IMG/VR virus record: IMGVR_UViG_3300027782_000035
DNA: 64,000 nt
Source: a virus
Strand: one strand, 5' to 3'
The notes beneath the pieces were generated by a model. That model was not told the DNA's origin, searched no databases, and saw only the letters and a program-made list of their open reading frames with translations. Both the position numbers and the translations under genes were made by a program. Each line of letters starts with the position of its first letter. The first letter of the stretch is position 1. Positions 18,379 to 26,487 of the stretch are shown here, in pieces.

Positions 18379-18765
18379 ATGGCCTACTCAGATAAAGTGT
18401 TAGATCACTATGAAAATCCACGCAACGTGGGTTCTCTAGACAAAGACGATCCAACAGTTGGCACTGGTATGGTTGGCGCACCAGCATGTGGTGATGTGAT
18501 GAAATTACAAATAAAGGTAGATGAAAATGGTATTATTAGAGACGCTCGTTTCAAGACATATGGCTGCGGTTCGGCCATCGCTAGTAGTTCGTTGGTTACA
18601 GAGCTTGTTCGTGGGATGCATATTGATGATGCTTCTAATATACGCAACAGCCAAATTGCCGAAGAACTAGCATTGCCTCCAGTTAAAATCCACTGCTCTA
18701 TACTTGCAGAAGATGCAATTAAAGCAGCTATCCACGACTATCAATTAAAGTGTGCATGCTCATGA
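18379..18765 (+). CDS. iscU: Fe-S cluster scaffold IscU
   Basis: MAYSDKVLDHYENPRNVG, GAPACGDVMKLQI, FKTYGCGSAIASSS, LPPVKIHCS. Confidence 0.97.
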   Translation: MAYSDKVLDHYENPRNVGSLDKDDPTVGTGMVGAPACGDVMKLQIKVDENGIIRDARFKTYGCGSAIASSSLVTELVRGMHIDDASNIRNSQIAEELALPPVKIHCSILAEDAIKAAIHDYQLKCACS

Positions 18766-19073
18766 TTACCTTAACAGAATCCGCAAAAAAACAAATTGAT
18801 GAAATCCTAATGGACGATGCATCAATGAAATATGTAAGAGCATTTATTTCTGGTGGGGGATGCTCTGGTTTTAATTATGGATTTACTCTTGAAGAAGATA
18901 AAGAAGAAGATGATCTTATCATAGACAACCTTATAGTTGATGCTATGAGTATGCAATACTTTGATAATGCTACGATCGATTATACAAGCGACAAACTCAA
19001 AGGATCGCAGTTTGTTATATCAAACCCAAATGCAAAATCAACATGCGGTTGTGGAAGTTCGTTTAGTGTATGA
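18762..19073 (+). CDS. A-type Fe-S carrier (IscA/ErpA, HesB family)
   Basis: GGGCSGFNYGF, NPNAKSTCGCGSSF. Confidence 0.93.
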   Translation: MITLTESAKKQIDEILMDDASMKYVRAFISGGGCSGFNYGFTLEEDKEEDDLIIDNLIVDAMSMQYFDNATIDYTSDKLKGSQFVISNPNAKSTCGCGSSFSV

Positions 19074-19924
19074 AATACCGCACGATATTCATAAGTGATG
19101 TTCACTTGGGTACGCGTGATTGTCAAGCAGCTAAGTTAAATAATTTCCTCAAACATAATACGTGTGATACTCTATATTTGGTTGGGGACATTATTGATGC
19201 TTGGAAAATTCAGCAGAACAAGTGGCGTTGGAAACAATCTCATACTAATGTAGTTCGTAGAATCCTTGGTCACGCTAAACGTGGCACAAGGGTTATATAC
19301 GTTGCAGGTAATCATGATGAATTCTTAAGACCGATGATCCCATACGGATTTTCTTTCGGTCTGATTGAAATTAAAAACCAAACAGAACATATCGGCGCAG
19401 ATGGTAAACATTATCTAATAACACATGGCGATCTATTTGATGGTATTACTCGCCTTGCACCATGGCTTGCGTTTCTTGGTGATAAACTCTATGACTTGGT
19501 TCTTGACTGGAACTCTCGTTTCAATTGGGTTCGTCATAAATTTGGATTTGGGTATTGGTCGCTGAGTAAATACTTGAAGCATAAAGTTAAGAAAGCGTCT
19601 GACTTTATGTTTCAGTTTGAACGTAATCTTGCTGGTTATTGTAAGAAGCGAGGATACGATGGAGTCATCTGTGGTCATATACATCATGCTGAAATCAAAG
19701 AGATCGATGGCGTTATATATATGAATGATGGTGACTGGGTTGAGTCATGCACTGCTCTTGTTGAGCATCATGACGGTAAATGGGAAATTATAACTTGGAC
19801 CAAGGAGAACGACCATGAAAGTTCGCAAGATAGTAAAGAAGATGTATCAAGCGTGCATGAGCCACAACAAAATCAAAGAAAAGAAGATGTGGTTGAAAGC
19901 GTTGAAGAAATCACTAAAGCATAA
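19070..19924 (+). CDS. plcP: PlcP-type Mn-dependent phospholipase C (LpxH-like metallophosphatase)
   Basis: RTIFISDVHLG, LYLVGDIID.W, GNHDEFLR, HGDLFD, GYWSLS.YLK.KVK.A, GVICGHIH, Y.NDGDWVESCTALVE; adjacent to agt. Confidence 0.8.
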   Translation: MKYRTIFISDVHLGTRDCQAAKLNNFLKHNTCDTLYLVGDIIDAWKIQQNKWRWKQSHTNVVRRILGHAKRGTRVIYVAGNHDEFLRPMIPYGFSFGLIEIKNQTEHIGADGKHYLITHGDLFDGITRLAPWLAFLGDKLYDLVLDWNSRFNWVRHKFGFGYWSLSKYLKHKVKKASDFMFQFERNLAGYCKKRGYDGVICGHIHHAEIKEIDGVIYMNDGDWVESCTALVEHHDGKWEIITWTKENDHESSQDSKEDVSSVHEPQQNQRKEDVVESVEEITKA

Positions 19925-19946
19925 ACATACTCAAGCAGTTCAATGA
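19815..19946 (+). CDS. Small basic ORF overlapping the plcP 3' end
   Basis: AAGGAG SD; MKVRKIVKKMYQAC...; ATGA-coupled to the GT4 gene. Confidence 0.45.
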   Translation: MKVRKIVKKMYQACMSHNKIKEKKMWLKALKKSLKHKHTQAVQ

Positions 19947-20944
19947 CCAAAAAGATTTTAATTATAACTGATAACTTACCTGATCAAATCAATGGTGTTG
20001 TTACGACCTACAAGAATATTGAAGCATGTGCGATTCGCGATGGCTATACTGTGGATTATGTTGATCCCAGGTGCTTCCGCTATGTTGATTGTCCTGGCTA
20101 CAACGAAGTCAAGATTACCTTTCCATGGAAGATATGGAAGAAGATTGAGGAGATTAATCCAGATCATATCCACATCGCCACAGAAGGTACTGTGGGTTTG
20201 TGGGCTAGAGCATATCTTTCAAAACATAATATTAGGCACAATACTGCTTACCATACTAAGTTTCCTGAAGGTTTAAAAAAGCTGTTTGGCATACCAGAAT
20301 TTGTAACATGGCGATTTGTTCGTTGGTTTCATAAACACAGTGGTAAAGTGTTAACTACTACTGAGACAATGGTTAAAGATTTAAAGGCGCATGGTTTTGA
20401 TGGTGAGGTGATTTCTTGGACTCGTGGTGTTGATAGAGAAATCTTTAATCCATCTTACAGGCATGACAATATTACGGGAAAATATCTACTCTGTGTATCT
20501 CGTGTGAGTAAAGAAAAGAATCTAGAAAAGTTCTTTGAGTTGGATTATCCTGGATACTACAAGATTATGGTTGGGGATGGACCAATGCTTGAAACATACA
20601 AGAAGCAATATCCTGATGTAATCTTTACTGGATTCAAGACTGGCGTAGATCTGGCAAGATACTACGCAAATGCTGAAGTGTTTGTATTTCCCAGTCAATG
20701 GGAAACCTTTGGCATTGTTATGATTGAAGCAATGGCATGTGGCACTCCAGTTGCTGCATATCCATGTGATGGTCCACTTGATGTTATTGATGACAGCATA
20801 ACTGGATACATGGATGAAAATTTAGCAGACGCAGTTTTTATGTGTATGAAATTAGATAGAGAGAAAGTGTTAGAAGGTAGTCAGCGTTGGACATGGGACA
20901 ATGCTTGGAAAATCTTTAAAGAAAATCTAGTAGACAAAACATGA
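19943..20944 (+). CDS. GT4 glycosyltransferase, Agt-like glycolipid synthase
   Basis: ITD...QINGVV.T, HIHIATEG..G, TAYHTKFPE, W.RGVD, RVSKEKNL, VFVFPS..ETFGIVMIEAMACGTPVAAY. Confidence 0.85.
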   Translation: MTKKILIITDNLPDQINGVVTTYKNIEACAIRDGYTVDYVDPRCFRYVDCPGYNEVKITFPWKIWKKIEEINPDHIHIATEGTVGLWARAYLSKHNIRHNTAYHTKFPEGLKKLFGIPEFVTWRFVRWFHKHSGKVLTTTETMVKDLKAHGFDGEVISWTRGVDREIFNPSYRHDNITGKYLLCVSRVSKEKNLEKFFELDYPGYYKIMVGDGPMLETYKKQYPDVIFTGFKTGVDLARYYANAEVFVFPSQWETFGIVMIEAMACGTPVAAYPCDGPLDVIDDSITGYMDENLADAVFMCMKLDREKVLEGSQRWTWDNAWKIFKENLVDKT

Positions 20945-21588
20945 AAACTCTTGCATTGTTTATGCGTCATCCAGAATGTTCTACGGATTGCGCTTATGCA
21001 ATGGTACATGCGTTATCCTCTGAGTACCAGATAAGAATATTCGAAGAGAAGGAGTTGGATGATGATAATTTCTTTGAGCATCTTGATGTTATTGCTTTTC
21101 CTGGTGGCATTGGTGATAGCGACACTTATCCTAATTTCTTCACTCGAACAAGAGCGAATCGAATCGCCGAGTTCATATCAGGTGGTGGTTGCTATCTTGG
21201 TATCTGCATGGGTGCTTATTGGGCTGGAAGCAGGTACTTCGATATACTTGATGATGTCAATCCCATTCAATATATAAAGCAACCAAACGCAGAAGTTAAA
21301 AGAAGCTACTCAACAGTAGCTTCTGTGACATGGGCAGGTCAACAAGAGAAAATGTTTTTCTATGATGGCTGCACTTTCGAATGTGATGAAACAAAGTTTA
21401 AAACAATTGCAACATATTCAAATGGTGATCCTATGGCTATCATACAAAATAGGATAGGTTTGATAGGATGTCATCCTGAAAGTGAAGAGTATTGGTACAA
21501 AGATCACGTATACATAGATAAACACTGGCACCGTGGAACACATCATCAATTGCTATTGAATTTTGTCAATACTTTGGTGCAACAATGA
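20941..21588 (+). CDS. BPL_N / class I glutamine amidotransferase-like protein
   Basis: FPGG.G, YLGICMGAY, IGCHPE. Confidence 0.8.
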   Translation: MKTLALFMRHPECSTDCAYAMVHALSSEYQIRIFEEKELDDDNFFEHLDVIAFPGGIGDSDTYPNFFTRTRANRIAEFISGGGCYLGICMGAYWAGSRYFDILDDVNPIQYIKQPNAEVKRSYSTVASVTWAGQQEKMFFYDGCTFECDETKFKTIATYSNGDPMAIIQNRIGLIGCHPESEEYWYKDHVYIDKHWHRGTHHQLLLNFVNTLVQQ

Positions 21589-21606
21589 AAGAAAACAAGG
21601 ATTAAT

Positions 21607-22029
21607 ATGTATCAATATAAAGCAAAAATATTAAAAGTACTAGATGGCGACACCGTTGAAATTGATTTAGATCTTGGCTTTAACATCGTTCTTGCAAATC
21701 AGAAAGTTCGTTTAGCAGGAATCGATACACCTGAATCACGCACAACAAATCTAGAAGAAAAACCAAGAGGTCTCCTATCAAAGAAAAAGCTTCAGGAAAA
21801 ATTGCCAGTAGGAACATGGGCTATTATCGAAACGCTTAAGTCTGATAATAACGACGATAAGTTCGGGCGTATCTTAGGAGTGTTCATTGCCGCTGATGGA
21901 ACTCGCGTCAATCAATGGCTGATTGATAACAACTACGCAGTAGGGTACTTGGGCGAGAACAAAGAGCTTGTTCAAGAAGCTCATCAGAAGAACAAACAGA
22001 TACTCATACAGCGCGGTGAGTTGAAATAA
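21607..22029 (+). CDS. Thermonuclease (SNase-like)
   Basis: VLDGDT, VRLAGIDTPESR, DKFGRILG. Confidence 0.9.
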   Translation: MYQYKAKILKVLDGDTVEIDLDLGFNIVLANQKVRLAGIDTPESRTTNLEEKPRGLLSKKKLQEKLPVGTWAIIETLKSDNNDDKFGRILGVFIAADGTRVNQWLIDNNYAVGYLGENKELVQEAHQKNKQILIQRGELK

Positions 22030-22038
22030 AAAGGAATT

Positions 22039-22740
22039 ATGATAGAATTACTATACACCCTGATTGTAACTCACATCACTATCATATGTGTAACAGTGTA
22101 TCTACATCGTGGTCAAGCTCACCGCGCTTTGGAGTTTCATCCAATATTAGAACACTTCATGCGCGGTTGGCTTTGGTTAACAACTGGAATGGTAACTAAA
22201 CAATGGGTTGCCATACATCGTAAACATCATCGTTATAGCGATATCGAAAACGATCCTCATAGTCCTCATGTCTTTGGAATATATAATGTATTGTTTAAAG
22301 GTGCTTATCTCTATCATGAAGCATCAAAGGACAAAGATATGGTTAACACATACGGCGTTGGTACTCCTACTGATTGGATGGAGCACAACGTATACAGCGC
22401 TCACTCTCGACTTGGCATTGGCGTTCTCCTTCTGCTCAATACGTTAGTGTTCGGATGGTGGGGAATTCTTATATGGGCAGTTCAAATGATATGGATTCCA
22501 TTCTGGGCAGCTGGCGTGATTAATGGAGTAGGGCATTGGATAGGGTATAGAAATGGACATACGAAAGATCATAGTCGCAACATTAGTCCTTGGGGTATTG
22601 TTATTGGTGGCGAGGAGTTGCATAACAACCACCACATGGACCCAGCGAGTGCCAAGCTCAGTGAAAATTGGTGGGAGTTTGATGTAGGTTGGATGTGGAT
22701 TAAGATATTCGAATCACTACGATTAGTGAAGGTGAAATAA
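22039..22740 (+). CDS. Fatty acid desaturase (DesA/delta-9 type)
   Basis: His boxes HRGQAH, HRKHH, HNNHH; WEFD.GW. Confidence 0.92.
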   Translation: MIELLYTLIVTHITIICVTVYLHRGQAHRALEFHPILEHFMRGWLWLTTGMVTKQWVAIHRKHHRYSDIENDPHSPHVFGIYNVLFKGAYLYHEASKDKDMVNTYGVGTPTDWMEHNVYSAHSRLGIGVLLLLNTLVFGWWGILIWAVQMIWIPFWAAGVINGVGHWIGYRNGHTKDHSRNISPWGIVIGGEELHNNHHMDPASAKLSENWWEFDVGWMWIKIFESLRLVKVK

Positions 22741-22763
22741 AAAAGGACCCGTGAGGGTCCTTT
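22740..22763. terminator. Bidirectional intrinsic terminator between convergent operons
   Basis: aaaaaggaccc-gtga-gggtccttt hairpin. Confidence 0.75.
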
Positions 22764-22783
22764 GTGATATCTGGGTCTGTGCG

Positions 22784-24211
22784 TTAGATATCGTAACGTT
22801 CTACCATCAATGCTTTTAACATGATAGCTTCTGGAGTAAACTCTTCAGTGTTACCCGAAAGTACTGCATTCAAGATTGAAGGTGAGAATCCAGAAATTAG
22901 TGCAGTTCCACTCTTATCGAATTTTACTGGCACATTGCCTTTTGCGTTCAAGTTCCAGAATACAACCTTTGGAAGGTCGTACCCTGCTGCTTGGTACTTA
23001 TGTTCAATCATCTGCATTGCAGAGTGATCAAATTTAGCACAAGCATCGAACTGCATGTCGGACATAATCAGAAGCATCTCTGGCATTTCTTCTTGAGGAA
23101 CGCCACCTTTAACTGCAGTGCTAAGGATTTTATCGAAAGCTTTATGCAAGTTGGTATTCATTGCCCAGTCAGACTTAATCATTTGTTGAGCCTTCTGAAC
23201 TACGTTACCCTTTAGGTTCAATAGTTGTGGATTGGCCGAGAATGTCAAGAACGTATCCTTGAACACACCTTTGTTCTTGTCGGCAACATACAATCCCAAA
23301 GAGACTGCAACGTCTAAACAGGAAATAGCTGAACCAGAACCAAAGCCACCAACTGGACATGTCATAGATCCAGACACATCAACTAATGCAAGAATGTTTG
23401 CATCCCCAACATAGTTAGGTAGTGCTTCCCATTGCTTAACGACTACGTCTAGTTCATCCTTGGTGAATGAAACAGAACTAAAGCGATTGGTTACACCTTT
23501 CAATACGTCGTATGGATACACGGCACCGGCATTAACCTTAACTGTTGGATCAGTTCCCTTCACCAAAGCTTTTACGTATTCGCCATACTTTGGAGTGTTA
23601 CGTCCAAAAGCTTTCTTATAACGAGCATGAGCTACTGAAGGTACGTGTGAGAAGTTAATGTCATCCCATTCTTTAGCGCACATCTGAGATTCCACAACCT
23701 TAGTCAATTCAACCAAGGACTTACGATAGAACTTTGGAGACATACCAAAGAATGTGCGGATCTCTGCTGCTAGAGGTCCTTGACGAGGAGTCCACTTAGC
23801 GGCCAAACCATTACGTTGGCGCAGTGCTTCGCCCAACATAGTAAAAGCTTGGGCTTTCAATTCTTTGTTTTTAAAGACAAAGATATCGTCCCAACGTCCT
23901 AGTTCTGGAACCTTTGGTAGCAGCTTAGCTGCAAGGTCAGGACGATGAGTGTCAAGGTAACCTAGAATGTCGCGGAAGATCTTACGTTCTCCAGCTCCTC
24001 CGCGCACATCACGAACCCATTGAGTGATACGCAACGCTATATCTTCATTCTCAACAAGAGCTGCGACGAATTCTTTCGTCACATCTTTACCCCGTGATGC
24101 TCCTATTCCAAAGAATAGGTCTACACACTTATTAGCTGTAGACTTACGAGCTTTCATACCATTTTCAGTACGAGCTTCTTGATTCTTAACTGCTTCTACG
24201 AATGTTGACAT
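22784..24211 (-). CDS. TROVE-like helical + vWA protein (DUF2828-type, Ro60-related architecture)
   Basis: RDVRGGAGER, GRWDD, LAAKW.PR, MIDAS DVSGSM, TNL..AF, SDMQFD, FWNL, SGFS. Confidence 0.8.
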   Translation of the reverse strand: MSTFVEAVKNQEARTENGMKARKSTANKCVDLFFGIGASRGKDVTKEFVAALVENEDIALRITQWVRDVRGGAGERKIFRDILGYLDTHRPDLAAKLLPKVPELGRWDDIFVFKNKELKAQAFTMLGEALRQRNGLAAKWTPRQGPLAAEIRTFFGMSPKFYRKSLVELTKVVESQMCAKEWDDINFSHVPSVAHARYKKAFGRNTPKYGEYVKALVKGTDPTVKVNAGAVYPYDVLKGVTNRFSSVSFTKDELDVVVKQWEALPNYVGDANILALVDVSGSMTCPVGGFGSGSAISCLDVAVSLGLYVADKNKGVFKDTFLTFSANPQLLNLKGNVVQKAQQMIKSDWAMNTNLHKAFDKILSTAVKGGVPQEEMPEMLLIMSDMQFDACAKFDHSAMQMIEHKYQAAGYDLPKVVFWNLNAKGNVPVKFDKSGTALISGFSPSILNAVLSGNTEEFTPEAIMLKALMVERYDI

Positions 24212-24231
24212 AATGAACTCCTTTTCAAATC

Positions 24232-24290
24232 AACAGGTTGCTTATTTTTCAATTAAAAGTTGAATTTTTTAATTTGCTGGACGCAACCTA
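24232..24290 (-). ncRNA. CAGCA-stem small RNA, unit 1 (contains tRNA-Lys-like anticodon stem-loop)
   Basis: U-AGGUUGC GUC CAGCAA ... GCAACCU-GUU. Confidence 0.6.
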
Positions 24291-24295
24291 AAATA

Positions 24296-24434
24296 AACAG
24301 AATAGTTTTCTACTTTTTAATTTTCTAGTATCGAAACTAGCCGGAAAGAACTCGAAACTTACCGGAGATTACCGAAGCAATCAACCTAAGGATGCGCTTG
24401 GAAGCGCAAGTTTTAAATTGCTGAACCTATTCTA
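24296..24434 (-). ncRNA. CAGCA-stem small RNA, unit 2
   Basis: U-AGAAUAG GUU CAGCAA ... CUAUUCU-GUU; internal UUCG hairpins. Confidence 0.6.
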
Positions 24435-24439
24435 AATTT

Positions 24440-24656
24440 AACGGGATGATCGGGTTAGTCGTATATGGTTCTTAAACCTCGGTGCTCCTTGCGGTAAACC
24501 CCACCGTAATCAGATAGACTACTATCATATTTCTGTCTTTCCAGTGTCAAGTTTAGTTCAGGTTTATTCCCTAGTCGCGTAATTACACATTACTGTGGTC
24601 CTCCTGTAGCGACACTTCTAGTACTTTATAGTTTTTGAAGTGCTGTAATCATCCCA
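24440..24656 (-). ncRNA. CAGCA-stem small RNA, unit 3
   Basis: U-GGGAUGA UUA CAGCAC ... UCAUCCC-GUU; starts at the predicted TSS. Confidence 0.6.
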
Positions 24657-24665
24657 AGTTTTTTT

Positions 24666-24694
24666 ATTATATATCACTCACGATTATTTGTAAA
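24666..24694 (-). promoter_or_regulatory. Promoter for the small-RNA array and TROVE-like gene
   Basis: TTTACA-N17-TATAAT. Confidence 0.7.
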
Positions 24695-24713
24695 TCAAAT
24701 GAGTCTATATTTC

Positions 24714-24788
24714 TGGTACCTTGTGACGGTTTCGAACCGCCGACATCCCACTTGTAAGGAGGGCGCTCTACCACTGAGCTAACAAGGC
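24714..24788 (-). tRNA. tRNA-Val(UAC)
   Basis: Cloverleaf; encoded CCA. Confidence 0.9.
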
Positions 24789-24795
24789 ATAATCT

Positions 24796-24871
24796 TGGGC
24801 AGACGTTACGGACTTGAACCGTTCCTACGAGTTTCACAGACTCGTGTGCTAACCACTACACTAAACGCTGC
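24796..24871 (-). tRNA. tRNA-His(GUG)
   Basis: Cloverleaf with G-1; bulged acceptor stem. Confidence 0.85.
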
Positions 24872-24874
24872 ATA

Positions 24875-25006
24875 TACCATATAGAAACACACTGTGGTGC
24901 TTGAATCCGTGATAGCCCCTCTCTTCCTGGCCGGTCCTTGCACTGTCTAGAATTGGCAAGTATTTCGGTGTTCCAGTGTAGCTACTCAATGTGTTTTTAT
25001 ATGGTA
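24875..25006 (-). ncRNA. tRNA-trailing 17-bp stem enclosing a ~95-nt insert (element A)
   Basis: taccatatagaaacaca ... tgtgtttttatatggta. Confidence 0.5.
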
Positions 25007-25076
25007 GAGGTACAGGGAATCGAACCCTGATTAATAGGTTAAAAGCCTACTACTTTAGCCGTTAAGTTATACCTCC
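25002..25076 (-). tRNA. tRNA-Lys(UUU)
   Basis: Cloverleaf; CCA. Confidence 0.9.
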
Positions 25077-25207
25077 ATTGGTATTTGTTTTTGTGCTTTA
25101 CGTAATGCCTTATTAGACTTACGATGAACACCTGCTTTACGGAAAAGTGCAAGTCGAACGAAGCAGTTACGTTCGCGCACGATTGTCTTTCGTTTACTCA
25201 TCTTCAT
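25067..25207 (-). CDS. Small basic protein (46 aa), weakly ArfA-like
   Basis: AAGGAG SD; RERNCFVRLALFRKAGVHRKSNK; stop codon inside tRNA-Lys. Confidence 0.55.
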   Translation of the reverse strand: MKMSKRKTIVRERNCFVRLALFRKAGVHRKSNKALRKAQKQIPMEV

Positions 25208-25226
25208 TCTCCTTGTTAATAATTAG

Positions 25227-25300
25227 TGGAGCGGGGTAGGAGAATCGAACTCCTCGCTTTAGCTTGGAAGGCTAGGGTATTACCACTATACGAACCCCGC
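25227..25300 (-). tRNA. tRNA-Gly(UCC)
   Basis: Cloverleaf; CCA. Confidence 0.92.
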
Positions 25301-25301
25301 A

Positions 25302-25577
25302 TTATACTTTAATTGTACTCCATTGACGAAGTTTTTCTCGTTTTGCTTCACGAGCTTTTTCTATCCAAAGAGCACCAATGATATCGTGCTCAATAAGTAA
25401 GTCGATCATACACAGAAGATCACCAACTTCTTCCTCAAGATGTTCGCGGTTAGTAACGCTGTTATATTCAGCATCTATACCAAACCTAAACACCTTGCTG
25501 ATAGCTTGGATAACTTCAGCGCATTCCTCTTGAGCGATCAAGAGAATTTCTTTTCCATTGTCATTTGTGTTTTTCAT
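25302..25577 (-). CDS. MazG-like NTP pyrophosphohydrolase
   Basis: EECAEVIQAISK..RFG, LEEEVGDL; promoter at 25584-25612. Confidence 0.75.
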   Translation of the reverse strand: MKNTNDNGKEILLIAQEECAEVIQAISKVFRFGIDAEYNSVTNREHLEEEVGDLLCMIDLLIEHDIIGALWIEKAREAKREKLRQWSTIKV

Positions 25578-25620
25578 ATTGTAATTATACCACAAACACG
25601 AATTAATGTACACCGTTATT

Positions 25621-25696
25621 TGGAGCGGGCGATCGGGTTCGAACCGACGACATTTACCTTGGCAAGGTAATGCTCTACCAACTGAGCTACGCCCGC
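25621..25696 (-). tRNA. tRNA-Gly(GCC)
   Basis: Cloverleaf; CCA. Confidence 0.93.
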
Positions 25697-25697
25697 A

Positions 25698-25904
25698 TTA
25701 ATTGTCTACTACTGTGTACGTAGGGCTAACTATTACATACTTAGCACGCTGCACATTCACTTCAATGATAGGAACACTATTAGCTTCATTCGTTGCTTTA
25801 ACAAAAGCACGTGCTTCATGTTCAGTGTCAAAATATATGGTACCATCTACATTCATAGATGTTTCATCTTCACGCGTAATCAATACAACTTTATATGGTT
25901 TCAT
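25698..25904 (-). CDS. Hypothetical protein within the tRNA cluster
   Basis: ORF fills the inter-tRNA gap. Confidence 0.55.
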   Translation of the reverse strand: MKPYKVVLITREDETSMNVDGTIYFDTEHEARAFVKATNEANSVPIIEVNVQRAKYVIVSPTYTVVDN

Positions 25905-25917
25905 AATGTTTCTTATT

Positions 25918-25991
25918 TGGCATCCCTCCAGAGACTCGAACTCCGACTAATGGTTTTGGAGACCATCGTGCTGCCATTACACCAGAGAGAC
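25918..25991 (-). tRNA. tRNA-Trp(CCA)
   Basis: Cloverleaf; CCA. Confidence 0.88.
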
Positions 25992-25994
25992 ATT

Positions 25995-26077
25995 TGGTAC
26001 CCGAAGCCGGACTCGAACCGGCACGCACTAGGCGGGAGATTTTAAGTCTCCTGTGTCTACCATTCCACCATTCGGGC
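25995..26077 (-). tRNA. tRNA-Leu(UAA)
   Basis: Long variable arm; CCA. Confidence 0.92.
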
Positions 26078-26356
26078 TTATTTCTTAACTAACGGATTCT
26101 CGGAATCTAGCGCATCTTCATTCTTAAATACAACCTTGGCGCTACCAACAGTGCCAGGCATATCTAAAATACAATCTTCAGTAGATAACACATCTTGATA
26201 TTCATTCTTAGCTGTGCCTGTATTATCTTCATCAAGATTATCACGCCTAAAGATAGCGTCCCAACGAGTATTATACTCTTCTTGACTTACGCTAAATGGA
26301 CGTGGATTTGATCCTTTACCTCCGGGATTTCCCGTCATATCAAATGTTGCTGTCAT
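26078..26356 (-). CDS. Hypothetical protein (GGKGS..RP motif)
   Basis: GGKGSNPRPFSV....Y...WDAIF; AGGAG SD. Confidence 0.65.
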   Translation of the reverse strand: MTATFDMTGNPGGKGSNPRPFSVSQEEYNTRWDAIFRRDNLDEDNTGTAKNEYQDVLSTEDCILDMPGTVGSAKVVFKNEDALDSENPLVKK

Positions 26357-26364
26357 ATGAACTC

Positions 26365-26487
26365 CTATCTACCTTGTCCTCGATATCTTTTTGTGCGTTT
26401 ACGCGTTTTGTTAAGAGTACTAGTCTTACTTCCGTTTTGACAAGTTTTCTTAACAATTTTTCTACGTGAACTCGTGCCTTTACTCAT
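26365..26487 (-). CDS. Small basic protein ending KRYRGQGR (40 aa)
   Basis: AAGGAG SD; not in ORF track. Confidence 0.6.
   Translation of the reverse strand: MSKGTSSRRKIVKKTCQNGSKTSTLNKTRKRTKRYRGQGR

Noticed and set aside
19070-19924. LpxH (lipid A biosynthesis)
   Set aside because: The motif pattern and adjacency to an Agt-like GT4 fit PlcP better; no other lpx genes.
16706-22740. Host chromosomal contamination or prophage boundary
   Set aside because: The island has a T4 late promoter, phage-like AT content, interleaved phage-type genes and no integrase or att site.
24232-24656. CAGCA units as a CRISPR or type III toxin-antitoxin repeat array
   Set aside because: Units share structure and a 5-nt motif rather than direct sequence repeats, lengths differ about 4-fold, and the adjacent protein is not ToxN/Cas-like.
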